From Octopus vulgaris (taxonomy: Eukaryota), in the NCBI GenBank assembly GCA_951406725.2, contig OX597825.1:83886001-83950000 (forward strand): a stretch of DNA of 64,000 bases. The letters run 5' to 3'. The notes under the pieces are model-generated. The model worked only from the letters and a program-made list of their open reading frames with translations. It was not told where the DNA came from and did not search any database. The translations under genes and the position numbers were made by a program. How positions within the stretch are numbered: the first letter of the stretch is position 1; each line of letters opens with the position of its first letter. Below, piece by piece: positions 26,673-38,692 of this stretch.

Positions 26673-27053
26673 GAAGGCGCAATGGCCTAGTGGTTAGGGC
26701 AGCAGACTCACGCTCGTAGAATCGCCCTTTCGATTCCCAGACCGAGCGTTGTAAATGTTTATTGAGCGAAAACACCCAAAGTTCCATGAGACCCCGGCAG
26801 GGAGTGGTGGCGGACCCTGCTGTACTCTTTCACCACAACTTTCTCTCACTCTTTCTTCCTGTTTCTGCTGTACCTGTATTTCAAAGGGGCCAGCCTTGTC
26901 ACACTCTATGTCACGCTGAATCTCCCCGAGAACAACGTTAAGGGGTACACGTGTCTGTGGAGTGCTCACCACTTGCACGTTGATTTCACGAGCAGGCTGT
27001 TCCGTTGATCGGATCAACTGGAACTCCAGGCATCGTAACCCACGGAGTGCCAA
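26673..27053 (+). mobile_element. SINE type C (tRNA head C + tail X), full length
   Basis: A-box TGGCCTAGTGGTTAGG, B-box TTCGATTCC; homologous to 59777-60147. Confidence 0.9.
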
Positions 27054-27315
27054 GACATTTCTTTAATAAGGGTAAGTTGGAAGTTAAGGCTGCCATGTCC
27101 CATAAGGGATGTGAACTCAAAAAGTGAGAGAGAGCGTAGTTCGGCGCTTTCGAACAGCACCTATAGCTACGTTCTTCCGACTCTGAACAGGGAACCATTT
27201 GGATGAGAAGGCATCAACTTCCAGAACATTTAACCAATAAAATGTTTATAAAACACAGGAGTTAATGAACTGCTGGGCGGAAGAGGCAAAAAGATTTAAA
27301 TATACGCTGCACAAC

Positions 27316-27318
<3 letters not shown>

Positions 27319-27381
<63 letters not shown>

Positions 27382-27534
27382 TGTGGTGGTGGTGGTGGTG
27401 GTGGTAGTAGTAGTGGTGGTAGTGGTGGTAGTGGTAGGGGTGGTGGTGGTGGTGGTTGCGGGTGGCGGTTTCATCGCCGTCGTCGTAGTGGTATGTGGGT
27501 TCTAATAGTAGTAGTGGTAGCAGAGGTGGTATGC

Positions 27535-27565
<31 letters not shown>

Positions 27566-27620
27566 GGTGGTGGTGGGGTACCAGTGGTAGTGGTAGTAGT
27601 AGTAGTAGTAGTAGTAGTAG
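27319..27620. repeat. (TAG)n/(TGG)n trinucleotide array
   Basis: Directly visible. Confidence 0.95.
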
Positions 27621-28115
27621 CAGTTTGGCTTTTGTAAGCAAACATTTTGTAATTCATAGTGCATTTTTGTTGTTTCTCTCTTTCTTTCTTTCTTTTATGG
27701 CGAGGGGTGGGGGTGATGCAGGGCGGGGGCTGGCGGGGAAGACTTCTTTGTCTTAAATCGTCCAATGAAAATATTTTGTTTGTCTGCTGTACAGTGATAT
27801 AATATTTACATAAATATTAATAAATGCTAACAATCTGTAGATATCCGCTGTCAGGTCTTCGGAAGTGTTTTTATATAGCTTCATATTTTCTTAATATTTA
27901 GAGCACATTTTTCTTGATGGCAGCGGCGGCGGCGGTTGTGGTGGTAGTAGTTGTACTGGTTGTAATGGTTGTGCTGGTTGTGATGGTTGTGGCTGTAGTG
28001 TCGACAACGACTTCATAATGTTGATGCTGTTGTTTGTTTGTTTGTTATTTTTGTTAAGGTGTTCTGTAGATCTTTTTTGGTTTTGTTGTCTTCAAACTTA
28101 ATTCAACGTGTGTGA

Positions 28116-28171
<56 letters not shown>

Positions 28172-28213
28172 GTATATATATATGTATGTATGTATGCATA
28201 TATATATAATTTT

Positions 28214-28248
<35 letters not shown>

Positions 28249-28309
28249 CATACATACATATATACATATATAATTCATATATATATATATGTGTGTGTGT
28301 GTATGCATG

Positions 28310-28353
<44 letters not shown>

Positions 28354-28801
28354 GACACAGAAATAGATGTCTACATAAATACAGACATATTATATATTTT
28401 ATATATGTATACATACAGAGACACACATCCACACACACTGACATATATGTGTGCGAATATTTGTGTCTGTGTGTATAATTATTTAGTTAATGAAATTTTT
28501 GTTTTATGTATAAATATTAACACGCACGCATGAATACACACGCGCAAGTGCACACATACATACATATAGACAGATGTTATATGTTTATAATTAAAAACAA
28601 AATAAAGACGAGAAGTGAATTCTAAAAACAACGCGAAGTTACATAACTGTTTTGTTTTGGTTTAATTTTTTTCTAAATATTGGGAGTGACATTGAAGTTT
28701 TATCAAATCTGTCTTTTCAATCTACATGAAAATAATACGTAACAAAAATCTCAATACAAACACGTACAGGCATCAAAGGGGGAACAAATAATTGCAAAGT
28801 A

Positions 28802-28965
28802 GCAGGAGTAGCTGTTTAGTAAGAAGCTTGTTTCTCGTCCACATGGTTCCGTGTTCAGTCCTTCTGCGCGGTACCATGGGCCAGTGTCATCTGCTCCAGC
28901 CCAGCCGCGATAAAAGCCTGTAAATGGTTTTAGTACCTGGGAGCTGAAAGAAATCCGTCGTATAT
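28802..28965 (+). mobile_element. SINE type A 5' part, diverged
   Basis: CCACATGGTTCCGTGTTCAGTCC ... CTGAAAGAAATCCGTCGTATATA. Confidence 0.75.
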
Positions 28966-29029
28966 ATGTATCTATATATATATATATATATATTATAATG
29001 GAATAATTACTAGGAAGCATTGTGTAGAA

Positions 29030-29228
29030 TATATTGTGTAAAGGATCGCGGTTAAGGCCAAGACAATGCGAAGTAAATGCAAAGGAAGTTAGAAGAAAAT
29101 GGGGTCATAACCCCGAAATATTGAATACAAGGTAAGTCTACATTACTTCCCCTATTTGTTTTCTTGTGATTTACCTTGCATTCATTTCGCATTGTTCTGG
29201 CCTTACTCACGATCCTTTATACAATATA
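29030..29228. mobile_element. Short fold-back element within a (TA)n context
   Basis: About 29030-29085 is an imperfect reverse complement of 29174-29228; the spacer contains GGGGT-CATA-ACCCC-GAAA. Confidence 0.65.
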
Positions 29229-29255
29229 TATATATATATATATACATATATATCG

Positions 29256-29528
29256 TGGCACTAGGGTTCCATTTGATCCGACCAACGGAAAAGCCTGCTC
29301 GTGAAATTAACGTTACTCCAGTCCACTCAGTTGGCAAAATGGAGTGGTACCTGTATTTCAAAGGGCCAGCCTTGTCACATTCTGTGTCACACTGTATCTC
29401 TCCGAGAACTACGTTAAAGGTACGCGTGTCTGCGGAGTGCTCAGCCACTTGCACGGCAATTTCATGAGCAGAGTGTTCCGTTGATCGGATCTCAACTAGA
29501 ACCTTCATATTCGTATGCAAGAGTGCCA
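29256..29528 (+). mobile_element. SINE type D 3' part with an inverted tail copy at its 5' end
   Basis: 29256-29312 is tail X in reverse; 29312-29528 is body and tail X forward. Confidence 0.8.
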
Positions 29529-29691
29529 TATAAAAAAGGGTCCATAGCTTTCCTGAGCCATAGTGTGTCTATAGATAACATTAACAAAATGCTCGCTATG
29601 GGTCTGACTTCATGAACTTTGAGCAGTAAAGTAGATATTTTAACCACTCGGCCATTTCGTTTTCAATATTTCAGGAATGAAAATTAGTAAA

Positions 29692-29790
29692 TTATTGGCT
29701 AAACTGGCAAAATGACCATTCCTAAATACAACAATATCTGTTTCAACACACGATTTCACATCAAGAATCTTGCAAAACAAATATATAAAC
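29692..29790 (+). mobile_element. Family P1 terminal fragment
   Basis: Reverse complement of about 12802-12905. Confidence 0.7.
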
Positions 29791-30077
29791 GAAAATTAGT
29801 ACGTTATAAGAGAAACCAAGAAAATTTCAGAGTTTAATATTTGGAGCATTTTTCTCTTTATCAAGAAACAGAATTGTTGAATGCTATTTATCAACAATTT
29901 ACTTCTACTATAGCTTGATTATTAAGCAGTGTATTTGAAGAACATAGATATTAACTTCTTGGTATTCCTTGCGGGTCAATACTTTCAAATCCCAGAGGTG
30001 TAATTTGTCTTTGATTATTTCGAGATCTATAAAACACCAGTTCTATATTAATAGTGATCCTTATTCTTCTCTCTCTC

Positions 30078-30125
<48 letters not shown>

Positions 30126-31462
30126 ACTAGCTATCTCTTGTTTTTTTTTCCTAGAAGAAATCGGCTTTGGTGAGAAATAGAGAAGGAGTGGTTCCGTTAG
30201 GCTTAAAATGACTACGAAACGCTGCATTTCACGACAGCATTTTAAGACTCCATCATGAGTTGAGAGAACAAGGAAAGACAGACGCAAGCACCTAAATTGA
30301 CAAAGCTGCAAAAAGTTAATTATTTTTGCCATCATATTTTAGGTGTGAAAATGGGGTAGCATGAACCGTACCGTTGATCTTTTGATTGGCAAAACGAAGA
30401 TTTATCGAGTGGATCTACTGCGGTTACTTTTCTCTCTCCCTCCCTCTCCCCCTCTCTCTCTCTCTCTCTCACCCTCCCTCTCCCCCCTCTCTCTCTCTCT
30501 CTCTTATACAAAACTATGGAACAATTAACCGTCATTGCTGATTACTGTATTAAAGGTGGCATTTAAATTCGAGATAGCGTGAAGTTCGTAAGTTCGATAA
30601 TGGTAATTGGTTATGGTAATAACAGTTCCAGAGTTCTATTTCAGCTAGCAGACATGGCAGGATTTTATATTCAATAAGATTGCATCCATAAACATAAAGC
30701 ATTTAGCTGTTCTATATTTACATTTTAAATTTAATGTTACCACTGCCTTTTGCTTTATCGCGACACGTGACTACAGTTACAATTATATCATAAATTCACG
30801 AAGGTTTTGAATTTCGTCGACGTTATAAATTTCCTTGAATTAATGAATTAAATTAACTCTATTATTATTTAATAATATATTTGATGCCAATACTAGCAAT
30901 AGAATATCAACGAGAGAAAATTTGCACAGAAGCATTGCTCTACCGTAAACTCCCCCAACCCCATCCTTAACCATCTCTTTACTTTCATAACACTACACTG
31001 ACCAGTCAAACAAAATTATTAATAGTTATATATAAACATATTGACCAATATGTAATATCAGTGGTTTATTCTTATTGTTCCGACTTTCTGTTGCTTAATA
31101 GACAGCTAATGATATTAGAAAGAGAGTGTAATACAGACTGTTTTTATAATAAATAATTCGAAAGTGACAGATTGAGGGAGAGAGAAAAATGATGACTCTG
31201 CAGAGAGAAAATTGTGTGTTTACGGAGCTAAGTTTAATATAAGTTTAATATACACGTTGTTTATAGAGTTATTCTGACGTTTTGTGAACGTATGAGACTA
31301 TAAAGTTCTTGAAATTGAAAAGCGCTGTGTTTGTAAGAGATTTTATTGGAGAGAGAGAGTTGAGAGACAATGGTATCACAAGGATGATTGTTGAATTGCA
31401 TGTGTGTGTATGAACTCTATGACGGTATCAACTGTTCGTTATGAACTATGTATATGTAAATT

Positions 31463-31876
31463 ACTCTTTTACTCTTTTACTTGTTTCAGTCATTTGATTG
31501 CGGCCATGCTGGAGCACCGCCTTTAATCGAGCAACTTGACCCCGGGACTTATTCTTTTGTAAGCCCAGTACTTATTCTATCGGTCTCTTTTTGACGAACC
31601 GCTAAGTAACGGGGACATAAACACACCAGCATCGGTTGTCAAGCAATGCTAGGGGTACAAACACAGACACACAAACACACACACGCATATATATATAAAT
31701 ATATACATATATACGACGGGCTTCTTTCAGTTTCCGTCTACCAAATCCACTCACAAGGCTTTGGTCGGCTCGAGGCTATAGTAGAAGACATTTGCCCAAG
31801 TTGCCACGCAGTGGGACTGAACCCGGAACCATGTGGTTGGTAAACAAGCTACTTACCACACAGCCACTCCTGCGCC
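31463..31876 (-). mobile_element. SINE type A, full length, young
   Basis: Complete from the GGCGCAGGAGTGGCTGTGTGG head to the (GTAAAAGA)n tail. Confidence 0.93.
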
Positions 31877-31879
31877 TAT

Positions 31880-32190
31880 TGTGTATATAAACTGTATATA
31901 TATATGTGTGTGCATAAACTATGTGTATGTATAAGTGTATGTATGAACTATGTGTATATGTGTCTATCTGTGTTTGTATGTTTGATTTGCGAAAGCCGGT
32001 TTGAATATGTATGTATATGAGTGTATATACTGTATATGTATGTGTGCATAAACTATGTTTATGTATGAGAGTGTGTATGAACTGTATGTATGTATAAACT
32101 ATGTGTATATGCGTCTATGTGTGTTTGTATGTATGATTTGCGAAAGCCGGTTTGAATATGTATGTATATGAGTGTATGAACTGTATATGT
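31880..32190. repeat. Degenerate minisatellite, about 151-bp period
   Basis: TGATTTGCGAAAGCCGGTTTGAATATGTATGTATATGAGTGTAT at about 31983 and 32134. Confidence 0.8.
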
Positions 32191-32282
32191 ATGAACAAAG
32201 TATTTATATATGAAAAATGTATAGTTCTTATATGCATAAATTGTTTATATATGATATATGTACTGTTCATATTTGTGTGTGA

Positions 32283-32343
<61 letters not shown>

Positions 32344-32638
32344 TATATATACAGGGGACAGAAATGCAAACATCTGCAAGAGAATTCATGTAAGAAGAAG
32401 GATGTTCGATTCCTGACATAGGAACTAATCGCAGACCAAATCCATGGCACTGAAAGCTTGCAATCTCAATAGACTTTGCTAAAGGTAGGCAAAGTTTTTT
32501 CTTTAACCCGATATTCTACATGCAATCATCTATAGCTTTATTTACTTCGAGATCTATCATTAAGTACGATTTATTTTATTACTCTCAAAACTTTCCAAAC
32601 CCTTATCACGTAAACAATGTACATATATATACATATGC

Positions 32639-32700
<62 letters not shown>

Positions 32701-32766
32701 GATAAAATGAGACAACAACGCCAAGGCAGTATGAAATTTCTAGGATATTCGTAAAGAGAAAGGTAG

Positions 32767-32812
32767 CCTTACAGCTGTTTCAGGGACATGAGGAATCTCG
32801 CTTCATCAGAAA
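32767..32812 (-). ncRNA. Minimal type-I hammerhead motif (Penelope type, palindromic stem III)
   Basis: UUU-CUGAUGA-AGcGA...UCCCU-GAAA-CAGCUG-UA-AGG; one stem II mismatch, weak stem I. Confidence 0.6.
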
Positions 32813-33069
32813 CGACGATATAGAGGGGAAATAGCAAAGTTCAATATTAGAATTTATGTTGGAAAGTGCTGTGTAGAATGGATAGAAAGGCTTCTTGTCC
32901 ATGGTATGTAAATACCTATAGGCGTTCATATTTTGTTATTACTGATGGATAGTGTGGAGACATTAATTCCATATGTTGTTCATTCAAAAGAGTCTTGTAG
33001 TGTCAAAGGGGTCCTGTCAGTACAAAACCCCTTTGTATGAACAGCACTGTCCACCTACAGTAACAAAAT

Positions 33070-33377
33070 GTGGAGGCACATGGCCTAGTGGTTAGAGCAG
33101 CGGACTCGCGGTCGAGGGATCGCGGGTTCGAATCTCAGACCGAGCGATGTGTGTGTTTATGAGAGAAACACCTAAGCTCCACGCAGCTCCGGCAGTAGGT
33201 AATGGCGAAATTCTGCTGATTCTTTCGCCACAACTTTCTCTCACTCTTACCTCCTGCATCTTGCAGCTCACTTGCGACGGACCGGCGTCCCGTCCAAGTG
33301 GGGAATCTATACGCCAAGAAAACCGGGAAACCGGCCCTTATGAGCCAGTCGGGGCTCGAGAAGGAACAAACAACAAA
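33070..33377 (+). mobile_element. SINE type E (head C + different tail Y)
   Basis: Clear tRNA-like head TGGCCTAGTGGTTAG...GGTTCGAATC; perfect 13-bp TSD ACAGTAACAAAAT at 33057-33069 and 33378-33390. Confidence 0.92.
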
Positions 33378-33869
33378 ACAGTAACAAAATATGAACTCCT
33401 ACAGGAAGCCTCTTTACCCATTCTACACAGCACTTTCCATGAATAATGGAACTGCGACTGTAACATCCAGCATATATTTTTATTTTTATTCTCTTATTTC
33501 CATTTATTCTTCTTATATTTCTCTCTTTCCGAAATAACTTCTCACACCAGCCAAAATAAGTTTAAGACCGATGATTACAGTTCTGTTTCTTCATTAATTT
33601 ATTTTTAACAAACTGTATAAAATTATTCTACTTTTTACAGTTTATGTAGAATTCTTTTCTCTTTCGAATGATATAGGCGTTATATATCTTTCTACAATTT
33701 GAATAATTTTAATGCGCAATCAATTCGAGTGATTGAAAATTCTCGGCAAAATAAATTTAAGACCATACCAACATTATTTTGTTTAAATTGAAAATTTACA
33801 GCAAAAATGATCAATGAACAAAAATTTATTATTAGTATCTAGTTCTATGGTCATTATTTTCAATTACGG

Positions 33870-34480
33870 CCTTACAACGGTTTGACATGGAGGTCGACAA
33901 ATGATCACAAAAATCACTTGGAATGGTCTGCCATATTTCTTCAATAAAATTATAGAATTGGGACGAATTTGTTGGTTTTTAGTATGAACTCTTTAAGAAA
34001 CATAATTCCATAAATTGTCTATCAGGTTCAAATCCGGGCTCTGCGGAAGCCACTCAATGACCGCCATAGTATTCCGCTCAAATATTGCAAAACTTTCCTA
34101 GCCTCATGATTGTCCTGCTGGAATCTGATTATTTAAATATGGCAGCACATTTTCATTTACTAATTGCAGCTAACCTATACTGTTCAGTCTGCCATCAACC
34201 TTAACAACTGGACCAACACCTAAGCTGCTGAACGTGACCCACACCATTACTTCCTCCCCCCCCCACACACACACACACTTCCCGCTTGTGCCGTTTTCTT
34301 GCCATACTTAGGATAGAATTCTTCAGTTGGTCGGCGTCAAATAAAAGTATTTCCGTCTGATCCACAGATGCAGAGGTGGGATTCGTCGCTCCAAAGAATT
34401 TTGACCATTCTTCGGCCGTCCATTCAATTTGGCTTTTAGCAAACTTGATCCGCTTCAACCGGCTCATTTTGTTTACGTTT
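33870..34480 (-). pseudogene. Tc1-family transposase remnant
   Basis: RLKRIKFAKSQIEWTAEEWSK, GG.VMVW.TFSSLGVGPVVKVDGRLN, FQQDN and EWLPQSPDLNLIDNLW motifs with frameshifts. Confidence 0.9.
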
Positions 34481-34489
34481 TGCTGTATG

Positions 34490-35520
34490 GAGCATATTAT
34501 TTATTCAGAGGTAATTTACTTATTTTGGGGTTTATACTTTCAATTAACATTATTATTATTAGTAGTATTATTGGTATAAATATCCTTTATTATTATAATC
34601 ATTATTGTAACTAACATAATTACTATAGATGGTGAGTTGTGTTTATTTAAATTGTAAATTGTTTAAACGTATATTTTCGCAAGTTTGGACATCTTATAGT
34701 CTGTTCCTATTTTGTGTCTTTAAGAGTAAAATTTAAAAGTGAAAATTTGGTACATTTCTTCCAACTAGGTATCAGGATAGGAACTATGGTTTGACAACCA
34801 ATAAAATGATAGCTAGCCGAAGAAACTCGAGGAAATTACAGAATTCAGAATGTTGTCTACGTGGGAAAGAGTAATAGCTTAGAAAATAGACAGGAGAATT
34901 TAGAAATCACCTCTACTGAAGCTGAAGCGGAAACTATTGATGGAAGAGTAGAACTATCAAATACGATTGTGCAAAGGATCAGAGTTTGTCCATTTAACTC
35001 TAATTGTAGGTATGAGAATATTATATACAGATGTAAGATTACCTCAGGGAATAAGTACTTCTATATCGGAGCTATCTCACGTTATATCAAGAAAAGAATT
35101 GCTAATCATTTAAATTCGTTTAGATATAGGGGCAAAATGAATACTACTAGCTTTAGTAAACTAATTTGGACATTAAAAGATAGTAATAAAGTATATTAGG
35201 TTTATGGGAAATAATTAGTGACTTTTGCGTGGAAAAAATGTACCAGATTTTCACTTCTAAATTTTCTCTTATAAACACAAGACAGGAATAGGCTCTAAGA
35301 TGTCCACACTTGAGAAAATATACGTTTATGCAATTTGAAGAATCACAACTCGCCATCTACGGTAATTATGCAAGTTACAATTATATAAGTGATTAGAATA
35401 ATAAATAATATATATATATATATAATACTAATAAAATTAATGATAACAATAATATTGAGGGTATTAATTGAGGATAGAAACACGTGTAGGTCATAGTAAT
35501 ATGCTGTAAATAACTGCGCC
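34490..35520 (+). mobile_element. 5'-truncated Penelope-like element with inverted 5' pLTR
   Basis: About 34664-34763 is the reverse complement of 35230-35328; contains a GIY-YIG coding remnant. Confidence 0.8.
34861..35330 (+). pseudogene. Penelope-like GIY-YIG endonuclease remnant
   Basis: CPFNSNC..NIIYRCKI...YFYIG...KKRIANHLNSF...TSFSKLIWTLK, then after a frameshift WEII...LINTRQE*..CPHLRKY. Confidence 0.9.
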
Positions 35521-35663
35521 TATATATATATATATATATATAAGATGTTATACATGTATGTATATTGTTATAATTGTCCTTTTAGCAAATAAAGAAATTG
35601 ACATAATATAATGTCTAAAAGTTGATGAATACCACCTATTGATCCCCTTCATTTTCTTATTGC

Positions 35664-35695
<32 letters not shown>

Positions 35696-36101
35696 TTTGC
35701 AGGAATACATTATCGAGGCAGATACCGTGTTTGTTCTTAGTTCGGTTCCAGTTCAATTCGAAGTGGACCTAAGGTATAGGTCCTGATGAAATTGCTCCGA
35801 CAAAATGTACATACATATATATAGAGCGATGGTGTTCCTTCAGGTGTTAGGTCAAGTGAGTTACCTGCTCTTTGAATCAATGCGAACGCGGTTGAGTATT
35901 CCACAGCTTCATCTACTCTTAGAGTACTGATGCGTGAGTGCGAAGTGATCTTTCTGCAACTAAGAACTGAACCCTTATTGCTACTATCGTTTAATTTCCC
36001 CTCCTCTCTTTTCTTGGTCTCGTGTTGGATTGTTTGAAACTTTTACTCGTATTTAATGATTTTTAGTTAAGGAGATTAAATATACATACATGCATGCATA
36101 T

Positions 36102-36138
<37 letters not shown>

Positions 36139-36149
36139 TTGCTTAAATA

Positions 36150-36219
<70 letters not shown>

Positions 36220-37764
36220 TGTATGTATTAAGATTTAAATAACTAGGAATTATTATTAGTATAGTTGTTGTTGTTGCTGCTGTTATTGTTTGTATTATTA
36301 TTATTTTAATGTTATTATCACTGAACCATGAAGACGAAAAACAAATCTTGTTGATGCATTCTAAAAGACCATCCTAAATTGTCTTGAAGTATGATTCCAA
36401 GAGACAATCCTAACACCGAAAACATGTTTATTTTATTAATTTCAGATGTTATGCAACTCATCAGTTGAGATGAGAACAAATATAGGTGAGTAGATTCACT
36501 GATTTTTCAGATGAAGGAAATAAATCTATTTCGGTTTATCATTTCCATTTTGTATTAATAAAATTAGATTTAATTAATTACTATGTTGTTTTTCAGAAAC
36601 ATAATTTTCTTACTTCTATTTTCGCTTTTGTAGTCATCAAATTTTATTTACAGACAGATTTGCAGTTGTTTTTAATGTTGTTGCTGTTGTTGTTTTTGCA
36701 CCCATGTATTAAATCAAATCATAAAAAAATAAATAAATAGATTAATTGTACGTGGTTGCCATAATTTGGATTGATTGATTTCTTTTCTTTTTTCCTTTTT
36801 TTTTGTTCTTGATAATATATACTTTTGTATCCGACATATCAATGAAAACGAAGAGACGAACAAGGGATAAAGATGGCGAACTTTGCAAGGCGAAGTAGTA
36901 AGGTTGATGATGGATGAATATCTTTCGAAAGCAAATGAGATTGAATTAGCGAAAGAAAATAGAAAGTAAAGGGAAGTCCACAAAAGTGACTCCCCTTAGA
37001 GAAGAATTAAGGGGAAATTATCCTGTGATCAATGCATTTCTAATATGCCCTTGTTCATAATATTTATGCGAAACTATAGAGAATTATGATTCAATAAATG
37101 AATGAATTATATATAAGCCGCAGAGTTAAGTCATGTTGCCTCAGAACAAATTCTCATTTGACATTTTTTATTCTACGTGGTTAAGCATGATAATGGAAAT
37201 GTCAGCAGGTTTCAATACAATACTGCAGAAAACTGGTTGCGGTTGAGGAATATATTCTGACTCGGTTATTTATCCAGTTTCCTGATTACTTTAACATGTT
37301 AGAAACCCGACATTAGCCAACGTGGCCATTTGAACCGTAGATTACTGAAAATGATACCGATTTCATTATGAGCACTAACAGTATCAAACTGATCATAAAT
37401 TTACTAAATAAATCAAAAATATCCTTTTGTCATCTCGTCAATCACAGAGAAGGCATCGAGATAAACGAGAACAATGACATAGGGTTGTTACTTAAAATCC
37501 TATAAGTCTTGTGAAATATTCTCCGGCCTAATTCATCATAGCTGTGATTTGTGTGATTTGCAGATTGTTGAATATAATAGAGTATCAAATACACAATAAA
37601 CCAACCACTAATTCGATCTCCGGTCACTAACATTTACTAAAAGAGATACTAACCAGCGAGAGTTCCCTTACGAGTTCTCCCGATCTGCTAGAAATAACAA
37701 GCAATTTCTTTCAGATCACGCCCTAATGTTTTTTTTAAAAAACATTACACCGTGGAGCTATTAT

Positions 37765-37985
37765 TATACACGGAGGTGATCGTATTTTGCCAGTTAAACA
37801 CACGAACTATATATTTAGTCTTTACTTCGGCCTTATTATCATTATTTTAGCTTTTTGTCAAAGCTCTTTCGTCACACATCCTGTAGCCTCTTCAGTGACC
37901 CTTTATGTCTCCTCTTGTTCTGCCTTTATGAAGAGGTCACAGATGTGTGACGAAAGGGATTTGACAAAGAAACAAAGATAATAGT
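37765..37985. mobile_element. Family P1 fold-back with two inverted hammerhead motifs
   Basis: 37857-37899 (-) and 37924-37965 (+) are inverted copies. Confidence 0.75.
37857..37899 (-). ncRNA. Minimal type-I hammerhead motif
   Basis: GUCA-CUGAAGA-G-GCUACA..UGUGAC-GAAA-G(AG)C-UU-UGAC; core and stem I intact, stem II damaged. Confidence 0.55.
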
Positions 37986-37991
37986 TATAAT

Positions 37992-38069
<78 letters not shown>

Positions 38070-38070
<1 letters not shown>

Positions 38071-38397
38071 GGTGCCGTGGGAATGATAGCAAAAGGGGCT
38101 GATTGCTACCTAACTCAGATACCAGGAAGCCGCAAAATGGCAGAAATTCAAAAGATAGTGCTGATGGGAACTGCTCATATCCTACGCAAAATACTTTCTT
38201 TGTAATCTCAAGTTTTAAAACAAACATAATTTTCGTGTGGTTTTTTTAGGCATTCACTAGTACAACACTAAGCACAGAACCAAATATATGGCACCCTAGG
38301 CATAACACCAACATGAACTTCCAACTTGTTGTCTCTTGAGGTCTCTGGGTGAAACTTGGAGCCAGCTTGTGCAAATGTAAAGCAAAAGTCAAACATA

Positions 38398-38400
<3 letters not shown>
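38070..38400 (+). mobile_element. R4/Dong-like LINE 3' end inserted in (TAA)n
   Basis: GAVGMIAKGADCYLTQIPGSRKMAEIQKIVLMGTAHILRKILSL* then 3' UTR; pure (TAA)n on both sides. Confidence 0.88.
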
Positions 38401-38465
<65 letters not shown>

Positions 38466-38468
<3 letters not shown>

Positions 38469-38692
38469 GCCCTGATGCAGTACCAGGCACTGGTTATCAC
38501 GGCTTCTGATCTTAAGTGCTTGGAAGTGTTATCATGTACATTGTTTTGTCTTGGTATAAAAGATGGGCTACAGCAAATATTCTGCTCAATATCACAGATT
38601 TGCTTGTCAGTTGTTTGACCTTAACCAGTTGAGCATGTCCCTTAGTAGCTAACGATACGTGCATCTTTGTTCACAAGCAGAAGTAGTAGGGG
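38466..38692 (-). mobile_element. Probable LINE 3' terminal fragment ending in (ATT)n
   Basis: Complex sequence abutting the TAA tract; resembles, from memory, a common octopus LINE 3' end. Confidence 0.45.

Larger units (their letters stand above)
32700..33445 (-). mobile_element. Penelope-like remnant with inverted segment and hammerhead, interrupted by a SINE
   Basis: GGAAAGTGCTGTGTAGAATGG (32861) is inverted at about 33418-33438; hammerhead at 32767-32812. Confidence 0.6.

Noticed and set aside
33070-33145. tRNA gene
   Set aside because: A and B boxes are present, but it is the head of a TSD-flanked SINE with no acceptor stem or terminator; the same applies to the other SINE heads and to stubs near 17450-17498 and 29600-29655
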